A DNA stretch of 59,895 nt, the filler included, from Sphacelaria rigidula (lineage: Eukaryota): assembly GCA_964200075.2 (NCBI GenBank). It is 8 parts of 8 records of this genome, joined end to end, with 100 filler letters (N's around TTAATTAATTAA, not from the genome) between each part and the next. Parts side by side here need not be neighbours in the genome. Positions count along the whole stretch, not along the records: positions 22,501 to 29,900 come from CAXNAA020015098.1; positions 30,001 to 37,399 come from CAXNAA020015099.1; 6 more parts are not named here. One strand, 5' to 3'. Positions 25,535 through 37,499 of this stretch are shown one piece after another. Each line of letters opens with the position of its first letter. The stretch's first letter is position 1. The position numbers and the translations under genes are program-made. The notes below the pieces were generated by a model, which made no database searches, was not told the DNA's origin, and worked only from the letters and a program-made list of their open reading frames with translations.

Positions 25535-26444
25535 CAAGGGTCGGACAAATAATGATTCGTCTGAAAATTACTTGGTTTTAGTATAATGAGTCGACTCGTG
25601 ACGAATCAATCCCTAGGCTTTATTTTAGCGTTGCAACCCAGGTACACGCAGCCCAGACAGGTGGAAGGAATGGCGCAAACGTTTCGTGGATACCCGTTGG
25701 ACCAGCGATCAGCTTTTGTCTCCCTTTTGGGCAATCAGGCCGAAGAAATCGTGAATTTGGTGATCTTGAGTCGTGATGATTTGTCCTAACCGTGAAACTA
25801 TGCGACGTTCGACAAGGTTCGTTTTGGACTGCGTGTTGTTTTTTCTTGCGGCGAGCAGTGTGTGACGAATGGCATTTCACTTTGTTGCATGCCACCAGGT
25901 GCTGCTTCGTTTTGTACGGCTGTGCACGAAGGGCAAAACTTGCCTCACAACAGCGACTACACTTCATGTATCAAGTTGCGGAGGGCGAGGTCACACATCA
26001 ACTTCGGCCGTTGTGTCTGAGGGTTCCAGCGGAGAAGCCAAGGCACGAATAGTGATTTTTATTTTAGACTGCGCACTATGTATGCCCAGGTCGGCACAGC
26101 CACGATGTTTCAAGTGACTGCCTGTACGTACATACTGAAAATAATGCGTAAACCATGCGATTTGCGCCAACTCGCATCTTCGACCCGAATGTTACACGGC
26201 TAAGACGAACCGTCACGACTAAGCATCACCAAATTCACGATTTCTTCGGCCTGGTTGCCCAAAAGGGACAAAATAAATTGATCGCTGGTCCAAGGGGTAT
26301 CCACGCAACTTTCGCGCTATTTCACGTGTCTGGGCTGCGTTTACCTAACGCTGAAATAAAGCCCAGGGACTCATTCATCACGACTCGACTCATAATACTA
26401 AAACCAAGTAATTTCCAGACGAATCATTATTTGTCCGACCCTTG
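25535..26444. mobile_element. Non-autonomous DNA transposon with ~245-bp TIRs (CAAGGGTCGGACAAATAATG...)
   Basis: 25535-25780 is the reverse complement of ~26210-26444. No clear TSD. The interior is related to 24650-24850 and 26480-26790. Confidence 0.85.
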
Positions 26445-26982
26445 GAATGTTATTTTTTGGCACCAATCAGTGTCATGACGCCTGCTTCGGTGGCGGTCCG
26501 CCACGTGCTGCTCTGTTTTGTAGGGATGTGCACAAAGGACAACCTCACGTATCATGAGTGAAGACCCTTGTATCCCTTGACTTGTAGAGGACGAGTTCAC
26601 CGATGAAATACGGCTGTCTTGTGGCAGGCGGTTTCGAGGCAGAACCCAAGGGGTCTCCTGTAGAGCGATTTTTTTTTTCGATGGCGCCCTGGCCATGCAT
26701 GACCGGGGGGGCAGAGCAACGATGTTTCACGTGACTGCCTGTTCATACTGCAAAGAACGTGTAAGGTATGCGACTTTAGCCAACTTGCTGTTTAAACGGG
26801 ACACGGCACAGGCGGGAAGGAGCGCCGCCGGTGACTAGCCAATTCACCTCATTCGAGGAGCGTCGCCCCCTCCCATGTCACCATCCATCCCGTCTCTGCC
26901 GGCCTCACAATTGTTTTCTGTCACGTGTGCCCAACTTCGTCCCTTACGAGATTTTGAGTTGAAAATAGGAGAAAATTGACGT

Positions 26983-27267
26983 TTAAGATGTTGATCTGGA
27001 CAGAGCGTACCAGATCGTGCCCAGGCGACTGACGAGATGAGATTCCTTCTGCTCATGCCATGACCCTGTCCCCATGGGACCCATGAAAAAATCACTCTCC
27101 AATCCCGCAGTCACAGCTGTGTGTAGGACATGCAGCGCGCAGCCAATCCTCACAGCGTGAATCTCTTGATCGTCAACATCACCAACATCGTTATCAGTAG
27201 TTTTCGCATGCGCGACGCTGCTGCTCATGATTTCCAAATCTCCGTACTTTCCCGTTCTAGCACTATG
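26983..27267 (-). pseudogene. hAT-like transposase relic
   Basis: HSART...AKTTDNDVGDVDDQEIHAVRIGCALHVLHTAVTAGLE has a TTDN motif (second catalytic Asp) followed by CxxHxL at hAT-like spacing. Flanked by stops. Confidence 0.55.
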
Positions 27268-27561
27268 TCAGGCACGCCTTTCACTACAGTTACGTTGGGG
27301 TGTGGCGGCCACAACAGCTGCTGTTCGTGTTCTTGTGTTGTTATCTTCACAATGACGATAAACGTGGGGTGGCAGCTCGGGGGCGTGTGCTTCCCGAGTG
27401 GTACAGACAGAAGCAGGACACCAGCTATTGCAACAAGATTGTCTATCTACTGATGTAGCGCGAGCTCTCCGGAGGAACAGTATAACCTCAACACCGACCA
27501 CTCTCAGGCTTGAACAAATGTGCTAAAAATACAGTTCATGAATATGTGCCAGATGTACCCG

Positions 27562-27938
27562 GTCGCCCCGGTGGCTCAGTTGGTAACTTCGACTCCTTCT
27601 GACGGTTGTGTCGTGGGTTCAAATCTCGGAGCGATCCTGGGATTTTTTCTCACATCATATGCCCAACAATGGAGATCGAGTATGTCGTGGGTACACCACA
27701 TTCGATTCAACGATCGACGAGGGAAAGGGACTGCTGGACCCCTCTCGCGATAAAGAAAAAAAGGCAAGCACCGCAGAAGGAAGGTGGAGTACTAAGAGCG
27801 AACAAAATTTCAACAACAACAAAAAATTCCTGTGTGTTGACCTTCCTCCTGTGTGACCCCGGCTGGTGCGCCCACGTATACCGAAAGGTGTAGACCAGCG
27901 TCCGGAGTAGACAGGACGTCAGCACACACACACACACA
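27562..27938 (+). mobile_element. Full-length tRNA-derived SINE with (CA)n tail
   Basis: A box TGGCTCAGTTGG, B box GGTTCAAATC, conserved body, 3' hairpin and (CA)n tail; several copies in the window. Confidence 0.88.
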
Positions 27939-29426
27939 GGTCGTTATTTGTAGGTCACGCGTGTATTTTCCATTGATATGATTCGTCGGAGTACGGACCA
28001 CTCCTGACGCATATAGCGTTCAGCTTGCACTTTCCCGTAATATAGTACCCAAAATCGGTCCCTATTCCTACCCATAACTGTGATGCCCGTGGATGAAGAT
28101 CCTAGCGATGAGAAATCCGTGGTCAACAGACGATAAAAAGAAACGCGGAAGAATAGTGAGGAATAGTGAAGACGTCATGCACTGTTCGGACCTGTGTCGA
28201 TTCTCTGCCGAACCTCTGCAGAACAGAACACATGCTCCATCCCAAGTTACCCAGGTTTAGTATGCGACAGCTGTCATTTTTCCATCGTTTTTTTCTCGAG
28301 ACAGGAAGCAAACCGGCCTGTGGCACTTCACAGCCTCCCGCACACACACACTGCACCTGCTCAGTGTGACTGCGGACTTGCTCAATTCGCCACAGCGGAT
28401 CCGACAAGCCCCAGAACGTTTAAGGGGAAGCGTCTTTTAGTACATTTCGTGTTTGGTGCAGCGGTTTACAGAGTACCGTGGCCACACTGACTAGTTCTGG
28501 TGTGTGGGGAGCGCACGCATCAAACCGCAGGCCAATCCTCTGCTTTGTTGCCGAGAGCGTTGCGTTGAAAGATTAGCACAGCAACTTACTGTGACAAGAT
28601 GGGGCTCAACAACAACACGAGCAGCAGCTTCCATCCCTCCTGTTGTTGTAACCCTGTGTACAGGTGTACAGCAACGTCAGTCACAGGTTTGTTGTAGAAT
28701 GTACTGTTATAGCAATAGTGCCTTGTGTATGAGCGTCGTCTTCACTTCGAGTGACGCGTATACTTGTGATCGATACTGATTGGCTAATTTTGGTCTAACT
28801 TGTTCTGAATTCAACTCACTGTGTAGTTGGTCGGTCCATTTTCCCGACATATAGTGCCCAAAACCTGACCCCATTCACGGGCAAAACTGTAGTACTGTTG
28901 TGCTGAACATACTGCTCTATTTACTACACCGTCCTGTACTGCCAGTATCCACGCAGGTGTACTGTAGCGTGCTGTTCTCTACAAAGCAAAGAATTGCACG
29001 GGACATGGATACCTTCAGGACACGTAGGTCGGACCGAAACGGAGGCTGATCATGCACGCCAACATGGTCGCCTTAGGGCTGCAATATGCCTCGCATCACT
29101 TGCAGCCCCTGTGCATTGCGGTGTCTGTGCTTAACAGTCTGGAGGGGTGTGCCATGATTACTGATTGCTGTCATGTTGGACAGTCCGAGCACACATGCAG
29201 CGGACGATGCAATCAGCCGGGTCCTTGTGCCGGTCCATGTATTGATTGAGCAGCTCATGTATGAAGTCTTTGTGTCGGCGGTGCGTGACGAAAAAACACA
29301 GCCCGGAGGGGTTAGTCGTGATGTCAACTTGTCCCGACTGCCATCTCAAAAACAGCCGATTCTATAAATGAGATTGTTCACAAGAATGGTGTTGAAGCCC
29401 GAAACAGTGCTTTCCTCACGCCTACC

Positions 29427-29732
29427 GTCGCCCCGGTGGCTCAGTTGGTACCCTGGTAACCCACTGATGGTTGAGTCGTGGGTTCAAATCTCGGAGCGAT
29501 CCTGGGACTTTTTCTCACACCCTTTGCTCAACAGGGGAGAGCGACTATGTCGTGGGTACACAACATTCGACGAGGGAAAGGGACTGCTGAACCCCTCTCG
29601 CGATAAACAAAGAAAAAGGAAAAAAACTCCTATGCTGACCTTCCTCTTATGTGACCCCGGCTGAATGCGCCCACATATACCGAGAGGTGCAGACCGGCGT
29701 CCAGAATAAATGGGACGACAACACACACACAC
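29427..29732 (+). mobile_element. tRNA-derived SINE copy
   Basis: Same head, body with internal deletions, (CA)n tail. Confidence 0.88.
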
Positions 29733-29900
29733 GTACTACAGGGAGTATGGCTATGATTGTTTATCTCGGCATTATGCCCATGAATCGAGTATACAGTTTC
29801 TCATGGTATTTTAGCGTAATATCACCCCCCCCTATACCCCGCACCAACCCCTACACCCGACCATCCACAGAAAAAACAGCAGAAAGAAACCCACCACACC

Positions 29901-30000
29901 NNNNNNNNNNNNNNNNNNNNNNNNNNNNNNNNNNNNNNNNNNNNTTAATTAATTAANNNNNNNNNNNNNNNNNNNNNNNNNNNNNNNNNNNNNNNNNNNN
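29901..30000. other. Artificial contig linker
   Basis: Same spacer. Confidence 0.97.
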
Positions 30001-30325
30001 GGTGCTGCATGCGGTGTTCCGGTAAGCACAGAAGTGGGGTGAGATCAAAGTGCTGTACACTAGCTACTGTCTGTACACAAAGGTGAAACGATGAAACGAT
30101 CACGTGACGACTGTTCAGCTGTCTGTTGCGTCTCCGTCCGTACTTCAGCTGTAGTCGGGTGCTGGGATCGGAGAAGACACACAAGACGGACGCGTGCACG
30201 TTGGAGCGAACAAACTGATCCAGCACGGAGCTTCTCTATCCCAAGCGTTTGATGACAGGAGCTGTCTGCCTTGATTTCTCATGTAATGGTTCTTTCCCCC
30301 ATTTCAGACGGGTCCTCACCTGGGT
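30001..30325 (+). repeat. Direct repeat, near-identical to 34053-34378
   Basis: GTGCTGCATGCGGTGTTCCGGTAAGCACAGAAGTGGGG...CCCCATTTCAGACGGGT occurs twice; a further diverged partial copy lies at 34875-35060. Confidence 0.85.
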
Positions 30326-31475
30326 GCTCCACAAATATAGAGAAAATACTACGGGAGAAACCCCCACGACTTTACACCCACCCGCGCTCAAAGTACGGAC
30401 AAAGTCAGTATCAGTTGTACATCTTCGCTGGACTCAGCCGCAAGAAACAGTGAGCGTGCATCGTTCTGCCCTGAACATAGTGTACTGCACGCTACTGGTG
30501 TCTCTGGTTAGTGTTCCACAGCAATACTACAGTGTGAAGCTATGTGGGCAACACAAGAGGGGTCAGGCAGGCGGCAAAGACAGGCCACGAGTAAAACGTA
30601 CGTCGTGTGTGCCCATGTGGTTCATGATCTATGATCAAAATGATTCTCCTGGTCTGCAACAACTTGTGTGCAAACCGGATACACGGCACGTCAATCGCTG
30701 TCGGTGTCAAGTTGTGCTCAAAATACTACCATTTCTTTGTGCATATGTTGCTGTGTTGACCTCAAAAGAACATCGCAGCCACACCATCACCCGTTGATTC
30801 GCCATGTTCTGGGCGTGTGCTCTGGTGCTTGCGCAAGCAGCGAGGTGGTTGGTGTGGTGTGTGTTGTCGGGAGGAAGGTTACACGTTACACGTCACGCCT
30901 GTTGGTCAACAGCATCTCCTATTAAAAGTACAAATCGAGCGAAACGCAACCATCGGACTTTGGACTGACTTTGGACTTCGGGGGAATCAAAAGGTCCAAG
31001 TCCTGATCCGAATTTGGTCTTCGCAAACACCGTCACTACTGTACTCTCTGTGTTTTATAGACTCTAGCCATCACTGTTACCTAAGGTTAGGGGCATTGAA
31101 GGTGGAGTTGCGGGTCTGATTGCCGGACTCTGTGATGGTGACCTCCATGACGAGTAGCCCCGGTTTTGCTACTCTGGTGGAGAGAGGCTATGGTCCTGTT
31201 ATCCTGTACTGTGCTGAGGGTTAATACATAAATAACTAAAGCTGCTGAAGCCCATGTGCTCGTGATGGGAGGAGTCCACTTGGCAATCTGATCTTGAGTG
31301 ACAGAAGTCTACAGCTTGCGGAGTACAGCCTATCCTCGGACAGGGCAGGTGAAAAGCACGCACATACTTCACATGAACACAGCTACAAACATAGAGAACA
31401 TGCTCAGCGAGCAGGATATATTTGTAACGTTGTACTACTGCATGTCCGAGTACAGGCTGTACTATCCCGATTTTT

Positions 31476-31715
31476 GGCCAAGAACGAAACTGTGACCTAC
31501 GGAAAACGCAAAGGTGCTCTAGAACGGTCTCAGCGAGTAGAGCAAGTCATTCGAAGGTGTCAACATCCGCTGAGCCCTCTTTCCGGGGCAAAAACGATGG
31601 AAAAGGGTAAGAAAAACCTTTTCAACAAGTTCTATTCTTCGATACATAAAAAGTAGCCTAACAAAAGAAAAGGAAAAAGAAAAATTGGAAGCGCGATCCA
31701 AAGTAAAGCAATCTA
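31476..31715 (+). repeat. Dispersed repeat, homologous to 45216-45590
   Basis: Shared GTGACCTAC..AAGGTGCTC..GCGAGTAGAGCAAGTCATTC..AGTAGCCTAA..AATTGGAAGCGCGAT. Confidence 0.75.
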
Positions 31716-32467
31716 TTCAACAAGACGGCGAGTATGATGCACATACAGTCAGTGTGCTTGAATGAGCAACATTTGCACGATCGTCCGAAGAATCATCTCT
31801 CGTTCTTATTTTGTTTTGCGCCTCCCCATTCCAACTCAAAGCACTGTGCCAATTCAACGACGCCCGGGTTGGAAATTCAGTGAATACGCTCGCTGTTTTC
31901 AAGTCCACCCCCGGGCGGTACCGAATGAAACCACAGCGGCCTCACTACACTGCTGCTGTATGCCGACTCCGCGTGAACTTCGCACACGGTTGCCACGTAG
32001 ATGAAAACGAGACAGCAACGTAGAGGGTCGGAGGATGGGGGCACGGAGGGAGAGGATGAGGATGAGGGATGAAACATCGGCAATTGAAGATAGATTGCCC
32101 TGTGCCCAAGGCGCTTCCAATTTCAATTTATTTCGGTATTTGTGACGTTGCGGTCTTGGATTGCGGCGGTGGAACCGGAGTGGTATCGGCTGCGCCCTTG
32201 TTGGAAGTGGCTCTGAAATGAAGATCTGCCGCACGCACCCGAGGTAAGGTGATGTGTCGTCGTTGTACGGAAGCGTATAGCTGTATTGACGCATAAACCG
32301 TGTTCGTGTTTTCGCCGTCACCCTACATTCACAAGGGCCCGGAGCAAGCCGGCGCTTAGACGCGAGCCGTTTCCCGGCAAATTCCCGCTAGGTGGTCCCG
32401 CACTAGTCCCAGTCACTACCGTGCCTGTTTTCAAGTACACGTACAGGCCTTACTTCCCGGTATGCCA

Positions 32468-32760
32468 CACGGGTGGCCACTGGGGTCTGTAACCTGGCCA
32501 TTTTGGGATCTTATCCACCTTTGGCAAGGTCCGCGGGTTGGGTAGACAACTGATGAGCATTCGCACAGCATGGACAGGATCGAAACAAAGCATGTTCCAG
32601 TCTACAGGGGAGTCTCCCGCCTGTAGACTGGGACATGTTTTGTTTTGATCCTGTCCATGCTGTGCGAATGCTATTCAGTTGTCTACCCAACCTGCGGACC
32701 TTGCCAAAGGTGGATAAGATCCCAAAATGGCCAGGTTACAGACCCCAGTGGCCACCCGTG
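32468..32760. mobile_element. 293-bp near-perfect foldback MITE (CACGGGTGGCCAC termini)
   Basis: ~143-bp arms with few mismatches around a short loop; CA dinucleotide on both flanks. Confidence 0.9.
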
Positions 32761-33155
32761 CATAGATCATGAGTTGCAAACTGCTGTTTCTCGGGCTGCC
32801 ACAAGATGACGTCAAGCTTCAAGCAGCTGCACGCTGGGCCGAGGGGTCCCACGTCGTCTTATGCAGCATCCATTCCAATTCCAATTTCACAAAGGGAAGT
32901 TGGTTTCTGCTGCGGGTAAAACATCGACGAAGAGATTTTTTGCGTCTTGGTTCTTGCGTTGTGGTTCTTGCGTCTTGGTTCTTGTGATATTTTGTTTGTC
33001 GTGGCTCCTGCGTCGTAGTTCTTGCGATATTTTTCTTGCTAGATTTTTCCAGTCTAAAGCCCTTATCGATTTCGTTTTTTGGGGGATAACTTCGTCAAAC
33101 GGACACCAAACGCATTCTGCTCCAAGGGGCACCTGGACACACAGCAGTTGCCGCT

Positions 33156-33340
33156 GCCTACCTAGTATCATCCTCCAAATCGAAGTCTTGAGTGAGAAGC
33201 CCAGCGTTTCGTGTCCATGTACAAGGATGATGTACATCGCACTCGAAATCCCGCGGCCTACCAAGTATCATTCTCCAAATCGAAGTCTTGAGTGAGAAAC
33301 CCAGCGTTTCGTGTCCAAGTAAAAGGGTGATGTACATTGA
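33156..33340 (+). repeat. Tandem duplication of ~100 bp
   Basis: GTATCAT.CTCCAAATCGAAGTCTTGAGTGAGAA.CCCAGCGTTTCGTGTCCA occurs twice. Confidence 0.8.
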
Positions 33341-34586
33341 TACTAGGGTGTTTTCTTGGTGTCAGCACAGCAGCATATATTATGCACAAAGAACGAGTGC
33401 TGAGCACAACTTGACACAGACGGCGAGTAGCTCGAACAACACGAAACAAACGCGACATGCATACGGCTTGCACGAAAGTTCAGAGCACGGGAAGGGAGCA
33501 ATCATGTGATACAGCGAGCAGGAGACGTTTGTTTACTCACTTCCCACAGATGAGGGTAACTCAAGGTGAAATGCAATTTTTTTGCGAGAAACGCGATTAT
33601 GGCCGAGCGTTCAAAAATTGGTGCTCGGCAAGAATTGAGGATCCGTCCAAAATGAGGGGAAGAACTATGGTATGGGACATTCGCTATTTCACCGTGCTGT
33701 GGCACAAACATACTCACGCTCTCTCATGTGCTGTAGCTATCACTGTGGGTTGGTGTGGTGTGGTCGGACCTTCACGAAGATGGTTTGGTGTCCGCTGGGA
33801 TTGCGTCAGTTGCCTTACTGTCACTGCCTTCGTCCTTCCAGAAAATGATGAAAAATATGTTTTTCGGTACGCAGTGCTATCTACACACTACTATTGTCCG
33901 TTGTGTGTTGGCTGTTTCATCTTCGATGAAACGAATAAGGCGCTTCCCACACCCACCATTTCTATGCTGTAGTTGTCGCTGTGCTGTTGTGCATATGAAC
34001 ACTCTACGACGAACATGATGTGATGTGCCCTGGAGAGTGCCTGGACAATTGTAGTGCTGCATGCGGTGTTCCGGTAAGCACAGAAGTGGGGTGAGATCAA
34101 AGTGCTGTGCACTAGCTACTGTCTGTACACAAAGGTGAAACGATGAAACGATCACGTGACAGGTGCATAGTTGTTCAGCTGTCTGTTGCGTCCCCGTCCG
34201 TACTTCAGCTGTAGTCGGGTGCTGGGATCGGAGAAGACACGCAAGGCGGACGCGTGCACGTTGGGGCGAACAAACTGAGCCAGCACGGAGCTTCTCTATC
34301 CCAAGCGTTTGATGACAGGAGCTGTCTGCCTTGATTTCCCATGTAATATTTGTTCCCCCATTTCAGACGGGTGCTCATTTTTTCCCGAGTGTCAATTTTT
34401 GAACGCTTGACCATGATCGCGCTTTGCGTGAAAAGCGCAATTATGGCCCAGCGTTTGTAAACCACCATTCCGTCAACATCGAGCTCATCCGAAATCAGGG
34501 GGGGGGGGGGGGCGGACCCTTTTATTTTTTGCCTTNNNNNNNNNNCTCTCTTGTGCCTCGCCCGTCCTCAATCCCGTGGTGGAGAG

Positions 34587-34678
34587 TGGGGGGGGGGGGG
34601 GGGGGGGGGGGCGTACTCATTTATTGTTTGCCTTAGTCATTTGAACATTGACCACGCATCCCTTTCGAGACGGAGCAA
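34587..34678 (-). mobile_element. LINE ORF-end fragment terminating in a poly(C) tract
   Basis: G-run followed by CGTACTCATTTATTGTTTGCCTTAGTC...ATCCCTTTCGAGACGGAGCA, which matches 42811-42879. Confidence 0.75.
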
Positions 34679-35203
34679 GGATTATCACATGGGACATGTT
34701 CTATATCACTGAGCTGCAGCACAAACACACTCGTGCACTGTCTCTTGTGCTGTAGCTGCCGCTGCGCTGAGGTGTCCCCAGATCTTTCGAAGTCGGCTTG
34801 GTCGTTCGCCTCATCGAAAAATCAAGCTGCCAACACGTAGTACCCTGCCAACACCGTTCTTATTGACACCTTCATGGTGTGTTGGCTATTTCGTCTCGAG
34901 TCAAACAAACAAGGCGCTTCCCAAACACACCATTTATATGCTGCAGTTGTAGCTGTGCTGTTGTGCATCTAAACACTCGACGATCACGGTGCGATGGGCG
35001 CTCGAGAGTGCCTGAACAGCTGTCGTGCTGCATGCGGTGTTTCGGTATGTACTGTACAGCGTTGGGGTGGCACCAAATCATTGATCGCCTTTGGAGGAAA
35101 GATACTTCGTTTGAGCCTGAACACCGATAATATGATACAAACAGGCGGTGTAGTACCTCTCTTGCTCGTCCGTGCACTGGTTCGTTTTTACTACTGTCTC
35201 AAT

Positions 35204-36500
35204 TGTTATGGTTACCATGATCGCTGCTCAAGCACTGTGATGACGGATCTTCACAAGACGGGGCATAAAGGGAAATTTCCTACTTCAACCAAACATGCGG
35301 CATATTCATCTATGTGCAATACAGCATGCAATGATTTGTACGTACTCGCTCACCATTTATCGCAGGGAAAAACAGTTTTCCAGCACAAGGGATGTTCAGT
35401 TTAACGAGGAACAGCTCATCCTGAATGTCAGGGTGTCTTGATCTCAGCTTTAGGATCGATTCAGTTTCTCTCTTTCAGTGGTGGTTTTGAATCTCATGTC
35501 TCAGACCACTTCGTTCCCTTCCATGGAGTAAACACCAGGGGGCTGGCTTTCACCGATTCTGAAAGAACCGAGTTCAAGCCGGATGTAAAGAGGCATGTTT
35601 ATGTAACCGTCTGTGTACGGGCTCAAACATCCTCCCCCGTGACTGCGGCACATTGCCAGTTCCCACAGTCAGCCCTCCGGGACTTTTCCATCAGATTAGA
35701 TGGGCCCATCATTGTACTGCCCTTTCGCCATGTATGCCGCGATCCATAACACCCCCCCTCAGGCCTAGGGTTGACAAACCCTGGGGCTGAACGTGGTTCG
35801 ACGATGGACCGCCGCGTTACCACCTTCCTCGTCCTCGAGTATTCGGCGTTGGTTTCGTGTAGCCGTCGATCTTAGTCCGTTTTGCCGAGTTAGACCGCAT
35901 AGGGAGTTTAAACACCGTGCAGAACAATCTCACACAGTCTCGGCGACTCCCGCTCTTGGAGATCTCTCTGCCGGGTTAGACCACGTAGGGAATTTGAACA
36001 CCGTACAGAAACGATCCCATCCAGTCCGGAGAAGTCCTTGATCTTGTTGACCGCTCTGCCGGGTTAGACCGCGTAGTAAATTTAAACATCGTACAGAAAC
36101 GATCACATCCAGTCCGGAGAAGTTCTTGATCTTGTTGACCGCTCTGCCGGGTTAGACCACGCAGGGAATTGAAGCACCGTACAGAAATGATCCCATCCAG
36201 TCCGGAGAAGTTCTTGATCTTGTTGACCGCTCTGGGCTGTCCGTAAACCGTTTGCGGGTCTTGGTACATCGGGGAATCTACCGCGCAATTGAGCCCCTTT
36301 CTGCTCGAGATGGGGTATCAGATGGACGTGGCCTGGTCTGCGGTTGATATAATTCCCACAAGGCATGGAACACATCCAACTGTAACGCAGTGCATTACAA
36401 TCTCCATGATTCAAGAGTCACGAGGACGGTGTCTGGAAGAAACATTCTCAGTCATCAGCGGCGTGAGAAACGATGGAACCAGTAACATGAATAGCAGCGC
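35204..36500 (-). mobile_element. LTR retrotransposon 3' end: LTR 35204-35751, PPT 35752-35760, and adjacent internal region
   Basis: A 548-bp segment is bounded by perfect 8-bp inverted termini TGTTATGG/CCATAACA and is immediately preceded on the minus strand by the purine tract GAGGGGGGG. The extent of the internal region is uncertain. Confidence 0.65.
35884..36235 (+). repeat. 88-bp tandem repeat, about 4 units
   Basis: GCCGGGTTAGACC at 35970, 36058 and 36146, with a degenerate copy at 35884. Confidence 0.9.
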
Positions 36501-36649
36501 TTCACCAGTATAACGATAGCGAACAAGACAAATAGAGGGGAAGGAGAACGAAGGAAACAACAATAAAATCGGACAAAACAGGTTCACGCGTGTGCATTTG
36601 GCCAGGGTATCGCGTGTCGGGGGCAACCAGGTATAAATTCATGGACTCC

Positions 36650-36935
36650 CAAGGGAATTCTGACTCCATGTCAACCTGTTTGGACAGCATGGGAAAATCC
36701 TGGCCGCTTGTCAACCTGTTCGGACAGCATGGGAATTCATGGATGCCTGTCAACCTATTCGCACGCGAAAGGGAAACTCCTGGCCCCCTGTCAACCTGTT
36801 CGAAAACATATGGGAAATCCTGGCTCCCTGTCAACCTGTTCGAAAACATATGGGAAATCCTGGATCTCTGCCAATCTGTTCGCGCGCACAAGGGAAACTC
36901 CTGGCCCCCTGTTGACCTATTCGAAAACACATGGT
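36650..36935 (+). repeat. ~40-bp minisatellite, about 7 units
   Basis: Unit GGGAAATCCTGGCTCCCTGTCAACCTGTTCGAAAACATAT. Confidence 0.9.
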
Positions 36936-37240
36936 CTTGACATCTTGAGCCTTCGTCCTCGCCCATTTTCCTGTATGCAATAAAATCCTGCTTGTTCGCT
37001 GTATGGTGCAAGCATATATATATATATATATGGTTCATACAACTTTCTCGTTCTGTCCGACTTGTATGTTGGCAACTTGCATAGTCTCCACGATAAACAC
37101 ACGAGTCGTTCATTACAAGTCAACCACTTTCATCATATTATTTGCGGTGTAAATCTCGGCAAAAAAATGTGTGGAACCCATGAACTTTCAAGACCAGAAG
37201 AATGTAGCCTTGCCTCCGGGACGGTCATAGCGCGCAGACA

Positions 37241-37370
37241 GGTAGAAGGTCATCTTCGAATTGATTGTCGGAGCACGCGCATGTAGACGGTCATCTTTGA
37301 ATGGATTGTCAGAGCGTGCACAAGTAGACGGTCATCTTCGAATTGATTGTCGGAGTGTGCACGAGTATAG
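37241..37370 (+). repeat. ~41-bp tandem repeat, 3 units
   Basis: Unit GTAGACGGTCATCTTCGAATTGATTGTCGGAG... Confidence 0.85.
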
Positions 37371-37399
37371 ACGAGTCATCCTACGATAGGGGGGGGGGG

Positions 37400-37499
37400 N
37401 NNNNNNNNNNNNNNNNNNNNNNNNNNNNNNNNNNNNNNNNNNNTTAATTAATTAANNNNNNNNNNNNNNNNNNNNNNNNNNNNNNNNNNNNNNNNNNNN
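37400..37499. other. Artificial contig linker
   Basis: Same spacer. Confidence 0.97.

Noticed and set aside
27562-27640. tRNA gene (also at 18980, 29427 and 50357)
   Set aside because: A and B boxes are present but there is no closing acceptor stem, and each is followed by the same SINE body.
32130-32250. SAM-binding-like VLDCGGGTG peptide and a nearby AG|GTAAGG donor
   Set aside because: The frame stops after about 15 codons and no consistent exon chain was found.
32545-32600. Hammerhead ribozyme (CTGATGA...GAAA)
   Set aside because: No convincing stem II or III, and the motifs are not conserved in the opposite arm of the foldback.
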